Positions 39,661 to 52,137 of a DNA stretch of 64,000 nucleotides are shown here, piece by piece. Each line of letters starts with the position of its first letter. Position 1 is the first letter of the stretch. Made by a program: the position numbers and the translations under genes. Below the pieces are notes generated by a model. The model saw only the letters and a program-made list of their open reading frames with translations, searched no databases and was not told the origin of the DNA. The stretch is from Octopus sinensis (Eukaryota): NCBI RefSeq assembly GCF_006345805.1, contig NC_042997.1, positions 59,024,001 to 59,088,000 of the forward strand, in the 5' to 3' direction.

Positions 39661-40853
39661 TTAATTAACATTATTTCTATAAAAGATGAAATCTGATATG
39701 CAGACAATCAGGATTGCAGTCAGAGTTAAGGATAGAGAAAACTTGCAAGGCCTACTTAACAATAAGGTTTATCACAGCAATCTCCTTGTAATACAATTTC
39801 ATAAAACAAGCAGCCAAGTTTGCTAGTCTGTTTGTCCCTAATAAATATGCCCTAAATAGTCCTTAAATCCACACACTTAACATAAGTCTGTCTGGTTAAA
39901 ACAATGGATTATGTATTAGTGCTTATAGTACAATTAAAATAACAGAAACAATTTAGAATACTTCATTTGAGATGACTAAATAGAAAATGGAAAGCTCTTC
40001 ATAGTGAAATCAGTAATGTGGTTGCTCAGTAAGAGGTAGATACAAAGTTCAAAGCTCATGAGTGGACTTGTTATTCTTTTCTCTCTCAAATTGGCGATTA
40101 CAATATCTAATATGATTTGCTTTATTCTGATTGTTCAATTTTAGTTTTAATTGAAGATTTTAAATCAGTAATTATAAAAGTATACTCTAAAATACTGCTC
40201 ATAATTAAAATGCATACATATAACTGTGTGGTTAGGAAGTTCACTTCCCAACCATGTGATCTTGAGTTCAGTACCACAGTACAGTACCTTGGGTAAGCAT
40301 CTTCTACTATAGCTCCAGGCCAACCAATGCCTTGTCAGTAGATTTGATAGATAAAAACTGAAAAAAAATCATTGTAGTGTGTGTGTGTGCGTGCGCACCC
40401 TTTTCTAGACATCACATGATGGTTGCAAATCAATGGTTCCCAAACGTTTTCAGGCTGCCACCTGCTTGGCGCCTGACTACATTCCAAGCACCACCCCGAC
40501 TCACCACCACAAATGCAGATCAGTTTCTGCAGTAAATTCAAAAGAACTGTATTTTACAAATAAAATTTAACTTAACCCATTATTTTGAGTTTTGTTTCCA
40601 TTATCACTGTTTTGCTTCAATACCCTCCACACACACACCTGAATCTTTCCATCACCCACAAGAGAACACTAAATGAACATCATCAGCATACAAGTGGGGT
40701 ACTTTGTTTCTAGTCTTCTGTGAAAAACATGTGTAGCTATAGGAGAAATATCTTTTTTGGAAACAGGCGAGGGCTGGTAACATGAAGGGTATCCAGCCAT
40801 AGAAAAAACTGCCAGAACAAATTTTATCCATGCAAGCATGGAAAAGGGGATGT

Positions 40854-40857
<4 letters not shown>

Positions 40858-40888
<31 letters not shown>
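40858..40888. repeat. (AAT)n microsatellite (SINE tail)
   Basis: Direct read. Confidence 0.9.
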
Positions 40889-41139
40889 CCTTTCTACTAA
40901 AAGCACAAGGCCTGAAAAATTGGGAGAGGGAACTAGTTGATTACATTGACCCCAGTACTCAACAGGTACTTATTTTATCAACCTGGAAAGGATTAAAGGC
41001 AAAGTCAACCTCAGCAGAATTTGAATCCAGAACATAAAGACGGACAAAATGCTGTTAGCATTTTGCCTGGCATGCTAACAATTCTGCCAGCTCACCATCT
41101 TAATGATAATAATCCTACAACACTTCACAAATATCTCTG

Positions 41140-41790
41140 GGTAAAATGACCAATAGATGAGAATGTGACCAAAGACTGTGTACTCCAGCCCAATCAACTG
41201 TGGTAGGTTAAATAAAGCGAAACATGTCTACCCTCAAAATAAGGGTAGACAAACATCGCAAAGCTGTGACACGAGGAGATATTGATAAATCAGGTATAGC
41301 TGATCATGGATGGAAAAATGGAGACCACCTCCCCCTGTGGGGTAAAGTTAAAATAATAGACAGAACACCACTGGAAAATATGAAAATTAAAAGAAGCAAC
41401 ACATATGTTAGGACACAACAACCTCCTAAGCAGACCAAGTGCAGATATAAGTAGTATGTGGGAACTGGTATTAAGGAAAGATAGGAAAATATTAGATTTA
41501 TAAGCCCTAAAATTCACTCCATAATTGCCCATGAGCATATGTTGTAGTGGTCAAAAGCACGGGCTACTAACCCCAAGATTCTGAGTTCAATTCCAGACAG
41601 TAACCTGAATAATAATAACAATAATAATGACATCGAAAAATACCTTAGGAATAAGAACCCAGGTTCGAAATTTCCCCAAGAAATTTCCCCAAGACACCTG
41701 ATGAAGGCTGGAGGTTATATCAGACAAAATGTGTTAACAACAAACAAGATGAGGACAAATATCCATCAAATGTAAATAATGTAAATAATA
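41140..41790 (+). mobile_element. Penelope-like element 3' fragment: GIY-YIG endonuclease relic, tRNA-like segment and decayed hammerhead
   Basis: Frameshifted LKIRVDKHRKAVTRGDIDKSGIADHGWKNGDHLPLWGKVKIIDR...KLKEA resembles the PLE GIY-YIG C-terminus (R..EH, S.IA.H, ..KEA). Followed by A/B-box tRNA-like sequence at 41533-41606 and ACAC-CTGATGA-A-GGCTG..CAGAC-AAAA-TGTGT at 41694-41735. Confidence 0.75.
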
Positions 41791-44049
41791 ATAATCCTTT
41801 CTATTATAAGCACAAGGCCTGAAATTTGGGCGAAAAGGAGGACTAGTCAATTACATCGACCCCAGTTTCAACTGGTACTTAATTCATTAGTCCTGAAAGG
41901 ATGAAAGGCAAAACTGACCTCAGAGAAATTTGAACTCAGAATGTGAGAACAGACAAAATGCACCTAAACATTTTACCCGGCATGCTAACGACCTTGGCAG
42001 CTCGCTGCCTTAATAATGATGATGATGACAAAGATGATTTTATCAGCTTGCAAACAATGTGAAACAGTGAAAAGAAATATTTATTCACATAAAAATTTAA
42101 GGAAACAACATGAAAAGATAAGGCTTAATCAATTTATAAGAGTACAGAAGAAAAAGTTAAGAACAGATGCTGTTCTTCCAAAGGAAAAATGCTTCTCAAA
42201 CACAATATTAACAACAGACAAGTATATTTGAAGGAGAGAGAAAAATATTTTTTTTAAATATCTGACAAAAGATAACTCTCTTTAGATTAAACTTCAAAGA
42301 CTATACTGGATGTTTAAAAAAACCTCCAATCTATATGTTATTTATTTAAAAAGTCCTAATTGCTTCAAATGACTTAGTTAGAGAGATAAAGGAATAGATA
42401 AGAAACTTGTTATTTTCTTTTTCTTTCATCTCTCTCCCTCTCCCTTGAATAGCCAAGTAGTTTCGATGAAGTAGCCTCTACAAGCTTAAATTAATACTAA
42501 CTTTTTAATTAAGCACAAAATTACAAATTTATAAAGGTGCAAGATGTCCATGCTTTTCTGGAGGTTATCAGGAGTTAAAATAACAATGAAATGGTTTCAT
42601 TCAGAATCATAATCTGAATTACGGACCTGACACATCAAGTGCAGAAAGTAAACATTTATAAGAGAGAAGAATGAGATTGTGTAAGATTTATGCCTTTCTC
42701 AAAATATTGGCAGTATAAATATATTGATGTGATTACAGACGGAATTACACTAAGGTCACAAACAACTCAAAAGTAGACTGGTTAAGATCCTTATGGCTGT
42801 TTTTATTGTTCAACCTAAGTCAGTCTTGGTCAAGCAGGCATATCATCATCATCATCATCATCATTTAATGTCCGCTTTCCATGCTGGCATGGGTTGGACA
42901 GTTTGACAGGAGCTGGCTAGGCAGAAGACTGCACCATGTTTCACTGTCTATTTTGGCATAGTTTTTATGGCTGGATGCCCTTCCTAACACCAACCACTCC
43001 ACAGAATGGACTGAGTGCTTTTTATGTGGCACCAGTACAGACGAGGTCAGTTTCGCCATGGTTTTAAACAGTTGGATGCCCTTCCAAACGCCAACCACTT
43101 TACAGTGTGGACTGGATGTTTTTTACACAGCATCAGCACTGACAGGGTCACCAAGTAACTTGCAAGATAAAAATCCTTTGGGAGGGGATGGGGTATTGGG
43201 GGAGGTGATCTTGTGCCAGATGATGAAAGGTTAGAGTGTGACAGAAAAACAGAAACAGGTGTCTTATTGTAGAGGAGAAAGAATTCCATTCAAGACCATT
43301 TCATTATTTATTTACTTATTTATTTCAGACAAGTGTGTCTAGGACTACATTATCCAAGAAGAACAAAAAGTAAATTTTACCTCAGTGGGATATGAACTCA
43401 GAATGTAAAAAAACATAACTAAATATCACAGGCATTTTGTCTGCCACTCAAATAAATATATCAATCGCCTACCCATGGATCTATCAGTTCTCACATTGAG
43501 TGTTCCAGTTGTTCATTCAAGAGAACAACCTACTGACTGGAGGACAAGTGTTCCTCTGACACATGTACACCGAAAGATAGAATCTAGATGATACAGTGTG
43601 TGATAATTCTGACTTTTTGAAATACAAGTCCAGTCAATGCAACAGGTTTCCATAGTTTCTATCTACCCAATTTCCCATACAAAGCTTGGGTTGACCCAAG
43701 ACTATATCAAAAGAAACTTGTTCCATATGTCACACAGTGAGATCAAAAGTGGAACCTCATAATTGCAAAGCAAACTTCTTAATCACCCTGCATGCCCGTG
43801 TCCATACACCTATGACAGCACAGATACTGTGTCAACAAGCATCTCCAAATATATACAGTGAGGTGGCTATTTTGACAAAGGAAAATACAAGGAAGATGAA
43901 TAGAAGATATGATAAAATAAAAACAATGGTATTTCACTGATATGAATGCCTTATCTGTTTCATTAACCTCACAAGTAGAGATCAAAGTGTATGAAGAAAC
44001 TATATTTACACTACACAAACACACAGAATAAAACGATAAGTATATAAAC

Positions 44050-44844
44050 AATTTGAAGTATATAGACATTTGAAGCAAGTATATAGACGCATTTTCCACT
44101 GTTCAAAGCAGTACTGGAACTCTTGCAAAGTAATGCCTTTTAACACCTCTGTTGTTTTTCTCTTCACTTCTTCCACATTTGCAAATTCCATAGCACTAGC
44201 TTTCGTTATCAGTTATGACCTTCGAAAAAAATGTCCAGATCAACTTCCAACTGTTCTTTCAGTTCACAAAACGCATTCAGTTGTGACTACTTTTGATCTT
44301 CTGTGAGCAGGGGAGGCACAAATTTTGCTGCAACACTTTGCATTCATAATTCCTCACTCAAAATTTGTTGGCAAGAGCTCCAGGACACACTAGTCATATC
44401 AACAAGTTTGTCAAGTGTTCGGTGATGGTCCTCCAAGATCAGTTCATGAATATTCATGATGTTTTCATTTGTTTGGAAGGCCGACAGACGTCCTGAATGA
44501 GGTTGGTCCTCAAGAGACAAGTGACCATTCATAAAGCATGAAAACTATTTGTAAGCTTGTATTTTGCTCATGGCTGTGTCCCTGTAAGCTGTTTGAAGCA
44601 TGACAACTGTTTCAGTCCCCATTTTCCCCAGCAGAAAACAGAATTTTATGTTCCTTCGTTTCAGCCATAGGAAAAATTGATGAACAGGGGAGAAACACTG
44701 CACTACGTGATAGTACAACTTCACTTGATGATGCCAGTCAGTATACTAATGCCTGAGGGTCAAGTGGCTTCTAGTGGCAGAAGCCTGAACTGCAATGGGT
44801 TTGTCCCACAGAAAACATTTCCAGCTACTTTTGGTACCCCCTTG
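44050..44844 (-). mobile_element. Mariner transposon relic (internally deleted transposase)
   Basis: Frameshifted MAETKE..F..GHLSLEDQPHSGR..LILEDHHRT..VSWSSCQQILSEEL..AAKFVP.LLTEDQK and C-terminal FANVEEVKRKTTEVL..FQYCFEQWKMR. TIR-like TA|CAAGGGGGTACCAAAAGT at 44844. Confidence 0.85.
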
Positions 44845-45648
44845 TATGTATATTTTAAATAGTGACAACACAATAGAAAACAATAATTACAGAATTGTTG
44901 CCTATGTGCAAAGCTGAATATACAGAGAAAAAAAGGCATCCCAAATATACTTTGGATACTTGCTTAATCATTTAGGAAGATGAGAAAGGAAATATCTAAA
45001 TCTTTTAATTTGGTATAATCATTTTTTAAAATATGATTTAGAGACCACATGAGATTTAAAATAACCAAACATAATCAAACTGCTTTGTTTTAAATTAAAC
45101 TGAAGAAGCCACACACATACACACACACATATCTATAAATATAATTGTGACTATTAGGCAGCCATTTTCAGGTGCCTGTAAATAAACACTGAGACTCAAC
45201 ACACTACACCTGATACTCTATATTCTCAGTACATGTAAATATGTAAACAGTTTTCTATGATGTGAAAGGAGGAGCAAATTTTAAGTAAATATATGACTAA
45301 AATACAGACAAAATGAATTGAAAGATAAATAGTTAAGAAAATATATGCAACAGTAGACAGTACTAATGAAGAGGGAACAAGAGGAGAACAAAGAGACAAG
45401 AAAAAAAAACATAACCATGACAGACGTGAATAACAAAAGCTAATATCATTTAAAAAGAACAATGGATAGCAGAAGTAGTAGTGCCAAACAAAATGCCTTG
45501 AAGTAATTCAGTTATAATCTTTACATTCTGAGTTTATATCTCAGCAAGACTGACTTTCCAAAATCTGTGAGACCTTGACAATATATAACAGCAAGTACAT
45601 AACAACCTAACATCTTTCTACAGCACTAAAATACAATCACTACACATA

Positions 45649-45862
45649 TAAGGGGGTGCTGAAAAGTTCTTGGTTTTAGGTAAAAGAAAATACAGGAGGA
45701 TCAGTTAATTATGATTTTATTCAACATATTCCCCTCTCTGATTCACACACTTATTGCAGTGGCCCTTCAATTTTTCTAAGCCCTATAAAAAAACTCAGAT
45801 CAGGCCTCCAACCAGGCCTTTCATGATACCCTTATAGTTAGGAACTTTTCAGCATCCCCTTG
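45649..45862. mobile_element. Mariner-type MITE
   Basis: TIRs AAGGGGGTGCTGAAAAGTTCT / GGAACTTTTCAGCATCCCCTTG, flanked by TA. Confidence 0.8.
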
Positions 45863-48800
45863 TACCAAGGAAATGATCATATAACACAACACCCCTCTTA
45901 CACAAAACTCAATACAAGCTTAAACCCTCGTGCTTTATCCAAATGCTAAACCTCACAATCTCTGATAATCTCAAATGGTAACTACACACATAACATTCAT
46001 AAAACTGAATCCCAAAGACAAGGCTGCTTCTTCAAAACCAGAAAAATACCTCAGTATTTCAAGTTACTGGCCCTCTACAAAGCATGAGAGTAGCCCACAT
46101 TAGAATACTGCTGGCAGATCAGGGACAATATTTCACACACACACACACACAGCTAGATTGCATTATTCTTGTCCAGAATCACAGCTCTCTGTGTTCTTGT
46201 TCACATCTTCCCTATAAACATCACCCTAAAGAAGTTCTAAATAAAACAAGATTGCTATTGAAAAGCTAAATTGACCTGGCAGGTTTTCAGCTCAAAACAA
46301 AAGGGCTTCAATCACAGAATACTGCAAAGCATTATCTCTAACCTTACATCATAAGATGATTGTCTTGCTGGTGGTTATGTTAACAAAGAGAAAAAACTTT
46401 TTGACAAGTTGCAAAATTAATAACGACTTCAAGTTTTAGCACAAAGCCAGCAAGTTTGATGGCGGAAAGGGTAAGCTGATTACACATCAACTCTAGTGCT
46501 CAACTGATACTGATTTTATCAACCCCAAAAGGATGAAAGGCAGAGTCAACTTTGGTGGAGTTTGAACCCAGAGCATAAAGATGGACAAAATGCTGCTAAG
46601 CATTTTGCCTGGAGTGCTAATGATTCTGCAAGCTCACAGCCTTACTCTCAAAACTAATAACAATACTTTATGGTCTTTTATTCTTTACTAGTTCAGTCAT
46701 TGGACTGATGCCATACTAGAGGGTACACCAACATATGTATGCTAGACAAAAAAGAACTAACAAAAGAATGTTAAAAAAATAAGAGCACTAGTGTAAAAGA
46801 GCAACACACACACAAAAAAAACATTCAGTAACAGAAAATTCAAAACTTTTTAAGTTAAACAATTATTCTTTAATTTAAGAGAACAATATAGAATATTTCT
46901 TTCAATATTGTTCCAATAGTGAGGATATTAAATTATATTGTAGATTAAATTATATTATTTCTCAACAATCACTTTACACTTCAGTTAAACGTGTAAAAGG
47001 AGATGACTAGATTGATATACATGTAAAATAAAACAAAACATTCATTTACCAATGCCAATACATAAACTGTCAAAGAGCATACTTAAAAGAACATATATTT
47101 GATGTCTAGAAACCATGAAATATCTCTTCATTTCTGTAAGATATACTTTTCAGGAAATTCAGACAGTGCAATCCATTATCCTCCCTTCTTCACTCATCTC
47201 CACTAACATGTATATAACTTCTATATGTTTCTTTTGTAGTTCCAATACTTGGAGCTATTTTAAGGATTTTTATCAAATCAATGGATGAAGCCAATCCCAA
47301 ATTTGTGCAGTCTCCTCTTCTGAAAACTCAATTCCATTCTTACACAATAACAGAAACTTTCAACAATTCTTGACTTATTGATGAATTCAAATTCTGTCAC
47401 AGTCAACTTTGCCTTTCATCCTATTTATCCAATAAAATAAAGAACCAGTTGACAAACTCCACTCCCCCAAATTTCAGGCCTTGTACCTATATTAGAGGCC
47501 ATTATTAATATTGATGAGAAAAAACTGCTATTAGGTCAGCATAAAAATCTATGTGGCAAAAATAATTAGCAGCATCAATTTGAAAATAAGCATTACTAAT
47601 GATGTAATGCCATTCAGTCTCTTGTAATAGCACTCATTAGTCATTTTTGTTTTTGTCAGTTCCTTTGTTTGATATACATACCTTAGCTCACTATACTTTC
47701 AAGGGTATAGTTGATTTAATCAATCAGGGTACTTGTAAACTGCTACTCATTTTAACAACCCCAGAAATATAAAGGCAACCAGATTTGAACTCAAAATGTA
47801 AATTAACATCACTAAACACTGTAAGATACTGTCCACTAAATTACTAGTGATCTACTTCCATAGAAACAATTTAAAGTCAGAAGATGGAGTAGGGAAGAAC
47901 ATCTGTTGAAAGGCACTTTGTCTGGCTCCCAAATATATTTCAACTGTTCTAATAATAGCATTCTTCTTTGTAGTTTTGTTTACATAACATTAACTGTGTC
48001 ATGGAATTTGATATTAGTATCAAAAATGATGACAATACCATGAATTTGACAAGGATAATGCCAATTTATAATTCAATTTATAATTCAGTTTATAATTCAA
48101 TGAGATGTTCTTTGTGAATATCAAATTATATTATTTTTCTAAATAATACATTATATCTGAAAAGGAAAAGAAAGAAATTTTTTTACAAAAAATAAAGGAA
48201 ATAACATCCCCAATAGATTTTCTGCATGTCTAAGCAGATAAAGTCTTGATTTCTCAACTGGAGATATGCAATTTTATATCCCATCAGTGGTAAGAGTATC
48301 ATGTACCATTAACAAAACATCAAATATTTACACTATCACTTTCTAGCAGATGAAACAAGAAGAAACATTGAATCTTAGTGCAAGGCACTGAATTTTCCAA
48401 CTTCATTTCACTGACAGTAGACCAGATAAGAATAGAAAAGGGAGCATTCCAGTTTGGTGATCTTTGGAATGGGATGTTTGGAATAGGATTTACAAAATGA
48501 AGGAATATAAAGAGCAGATTGCAACAGACAGCTTCTAATGAGGTTGAAATGCAACCAATGATTTCAAGTGCAGAGTCCAGTACAGAAACAGAAGAGGTAC
48601 AGAGCCAAATTATCTTAAGTATAGGCCTGAAACTGAAGGTGTCTGAAGCAGAAGTATTTAGCTCACTGTTAATAGACATAAAACACAGTTCAATATCTAT
48701 TTACTGTGTTTCTCCATCCCACACTTATGTTCAATATCTAACCAGTTGGGACCTACAAACTACAAACAGGTTATAGCTTGAAAAAGAAACATCAAGAGGC

Positions 48801-49561
48801 CATGACATACTTAACTCAGGATTGATCTTACTCCTGGTAGAATGTAACCTTAGATATCCACATTATTTCAATAAGCCATCAAGTGCTCAAAACCCTTCTG
48901 ATAAGCTTCTCTGTTCCTAAGAGGCAAACTATCTTTTATCCATTTGTCTATTTCATCATTTACAGTCCCCATTGCACCAACTATCATTGGCACAATCTTT
49001 ATAATTATCATTATTTGACATTTAATAGTTTCAAGCAAATTTCTACTGCATCACCTGCTACACTTCCATGTTACTGAGGTGTGTGCTGCATAATGTGTTT
49101 TTTTTTGGGTGGGGGGATATAAACTCATCCCAGTTTTATATTGCATTTTTGTTTTGTTAAGGGGTTTGGCTGCAGTCCTTTTTTGTATTCATATTGTATT
49201 GTGTGTTGTGCATGTAATGCAAGTTGTGTCCTTCTGTTTAGTATCCAACCTGTAGAGTACATGTTGTGAGGGTTGTTTATTTTATTGGATATTTGCTGTA
49301 TAAAGTGAGTTTTGGGATTGTTTTATTTGGGTTGTACTACTGAATTGATAGTGTCTTACATAGGATATGGGCTGTTCCTAGCAGGGCTATTTTTTGGATA
49401 GTGTGTAGGGTTGAAGGTCTGAGTATAGTTTCTAATTATTATTATTATTACGATTATTATTTACATTCCATAAATCAAACAAATTAAAGCTTTTAAACTT
49501 GAAGAAATGTTGAATCAAAAGACAAAAAGAGTACATTAAATAAGTGAAAATGTCAACTTAC

Positions 49562-49933
49562 GGTAAATCTTGCACGTTGTTCCATAGTTTCATATCCGAT
49601 AATTGGTACCTGTACTGGAATATTGGAATAAGCTGAAGTATAAAATTCTCCATCCTCGGTGTAAGAAATATTTACCCTTTGTTTGTCCAAGGAATCTATA
49701 GAACTCTGACTAACACTTCTACTGTTCTTAGTTCTTGTGGAACTTGGACTAACAGGGGTTGAAGAATCAATGTTCTTTGCATCATTGCTCAATTTGGAAT
49801 CTTCCATGACTTCTTCTGCAGAATCTAAGTCTCCTTCAGCATATTGCACTTTGCTTCTATCTAGTAAATACACTTTGGAACTACTAGGTTTCACAACATT
49901 TATATTTTTATCCAGTCCAAATTCTTTCTCCAT
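49562..49933 (-). CDS. SNX16: Sorting nexin 16, first clearly coding exon (MEKEFGLDKN...PVQVPIIGYETMEQRARFT)
   Basis: ORF 49553..50023(-) ends in PIIGYETMEQRARFT, matching the SNX16 PX-domain start (P(I/V)LGYEVMEERAKFT). Donor ACC|gtaagt at 49561. Acceptor ttttattccag at 49953, so the exon starts at 49952. First in-frame ATG at 49933; the true start could lie in an upstream exon. Confidence 0.9.
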
Positions 49934-52137
49934 GCTTTGTTCTGGTGACACTCTGGAATAAAAGAGAAAAGAAAACTTGTAATTATGACAAAAGAAGAAT
50001 GAATGTTTCAGTAAGAGAGTCAATATAAATATCTTGAGAAAAAAAAGGGGAAAAAATGATATAACAAAGGAGAAAGAATGATGTCACATAATCTAAATGT
50101 TACTATTTCCAAATACTTATCTCCACCGAGATACTAGTTCTAAAAATTCCCCCTAGCCAAGGTGTTAGATGAAGTAATATTCCCAAGGTCCTTAACTTTC
50201 TCATAGCAGAAATAATAAGAAGCTTGGCTGAAGAGAGAAAAAGTGAAGAGAAAGAAAAATACTCCCTTCTACCCTCCTTCCACATTGGCATACACTTTAA
50301 TCAGTCAGTCTTTCACACCAAAATAGTCTACTTTTTCTTCTACATTCAGTTCAACTCTTTCATTTTAATGTCTCTCATTAACTTTTCTTTCATCTTTGTT
50401 GATTCGCTTTGTCCTGTGTTAATTCATTCAATATATAGTGAGAAGACAAACCATGTGCTTAATTAGTTTGCAGTACTGAAATAAATAACGTACAATGATT
50501 TGAAGTTCTTCAAGAGGAGTGACTTAATTTGATAATGTGAAAACGTATTTTGTAGAGAAACAACAGCAAAAACAATATGATATTGAATGGTCAAGTTTCA
50601 ATGATAAAATTTTCAATATTCTCTGACAAAGGCCTACCTCTTGGCACTGCATTAACATCATCAGCAACTTTGAACAGAATTCCCAAAGTTGTCATAATGG
50701 GACTAATAGCATGCTAAGTTAACAGTAGAAGAATGGTAGGTTAACTATTAGCTGTAATAGAAACTCTTTCTCTCTTCCACTACACCACAAGAATTCCAAG
50801 AACAGCAAAGTAAAGAACAAACAACAAAATAAGCCTGAATAGAATATAAGTAGGTATATCTGCATGTCTGTGTAGAAATACATTCACACACACACACACA
50901 CACACATATAAACAATGAAAGATATGTAAGAGTGTAGCAAGTTGGTGATGGAATTAATTATATAGTGTAGGTACTGTTGCTGTTTTAGCTGTTCTTGCTT
51001 TTCTGAAAATAGACATCAGAAACCAGATAAAAGAAGGAGGGAGGGAGGGAGAGAAGGAGGATGAACCTATTTAACTTATTAATACTTCCTGACATCTCAG
51101 AAGTCCTGTGGTACTCATAGATATTAAACGCACACAAACACACACATATATATGTGTGACAGATTGAAGTGAAATATTAAATAGTTTTTAGATCACTGTC
51201 TTTTTTTGTTTTGTTTGAACTTATTCAGTTACTAAAGCACAGTAATATTATATTAGGCACAAGGTGGCAAGCTGGCAGAAACCTTAGCACACCAGGCAAA
51301 ATGCTTAGCAGCATTTCATTTGTCTTTACAGTCTGAGTTCAAATTCCACCCAGGTCAAATTGCTTTTCATCCTTTTGGAGTCAATAAAATAAGTACCAGT
51401 TAAGTACTGGGGTTGATGTAAATGACTTACCCACTTCTCCAAAAATGCTGGCCTTGTGCCAGAATTTGAAACTGATATTACACCAGGCATATGCATTAAC
51501 ACTTCAGTTTATATGAACTTCATTATACAATTCATCCTCATCCTTACCAAACAGAAAACCCAGTTTCCTTCTCTCCCACTTCACATCAAGATTATTCATG
51601 CTCTAATTCAATAATGATGTCCAAGAGTGTCACTGGATGTATCAATGGTGATATTTGTGTTTAAACTAGAAATCTGCATTTGTCGATGTTACTACTGCTG
51701 TTGTTTAAACATAGGTCAGCACTGATTCAAGAAGACCTATGATCAAAGTTGTTCCAGCTGCAAACATTCCAAACCATATTTGTTTTTTTAGATGGTGTAT
51801 CTAAAACTATCTTATCTAAACATGTCCTTCTGGTTCTTAAGACAATAGTATGTGATTTAAGGGAGATCTGACTGTCATTTCTATTAGGTTAAAAAGCTCC
51901 CTTGTTGGCTTCATACATTTTTCTTGTGTTGGTTCCAACAACCTCTCCATATCATTCACTCTAAGCAGAAGAACTCTCATCCATACAAAAAAGCATAGTT
52001 GCAATGAACAAAGAAGAAACTGTATGCAGCTTCAGGTGATATGCCAATATTTGCAACAAAGTGATGCTGAACAGCTTATGAACAAGAAAGTAGTAGCGTT
52101 AGGGTATCATCTTCATTAACAGCTACATTGACCAAAA

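Noticed and set aside
41533-41606. Functional tRNA-Ser(ACT) gene
   Set aside because: Acceptor stem and D arm are not properly paired and it lies inside a PLE relic; treated as a tRNA-derived promoter segment.
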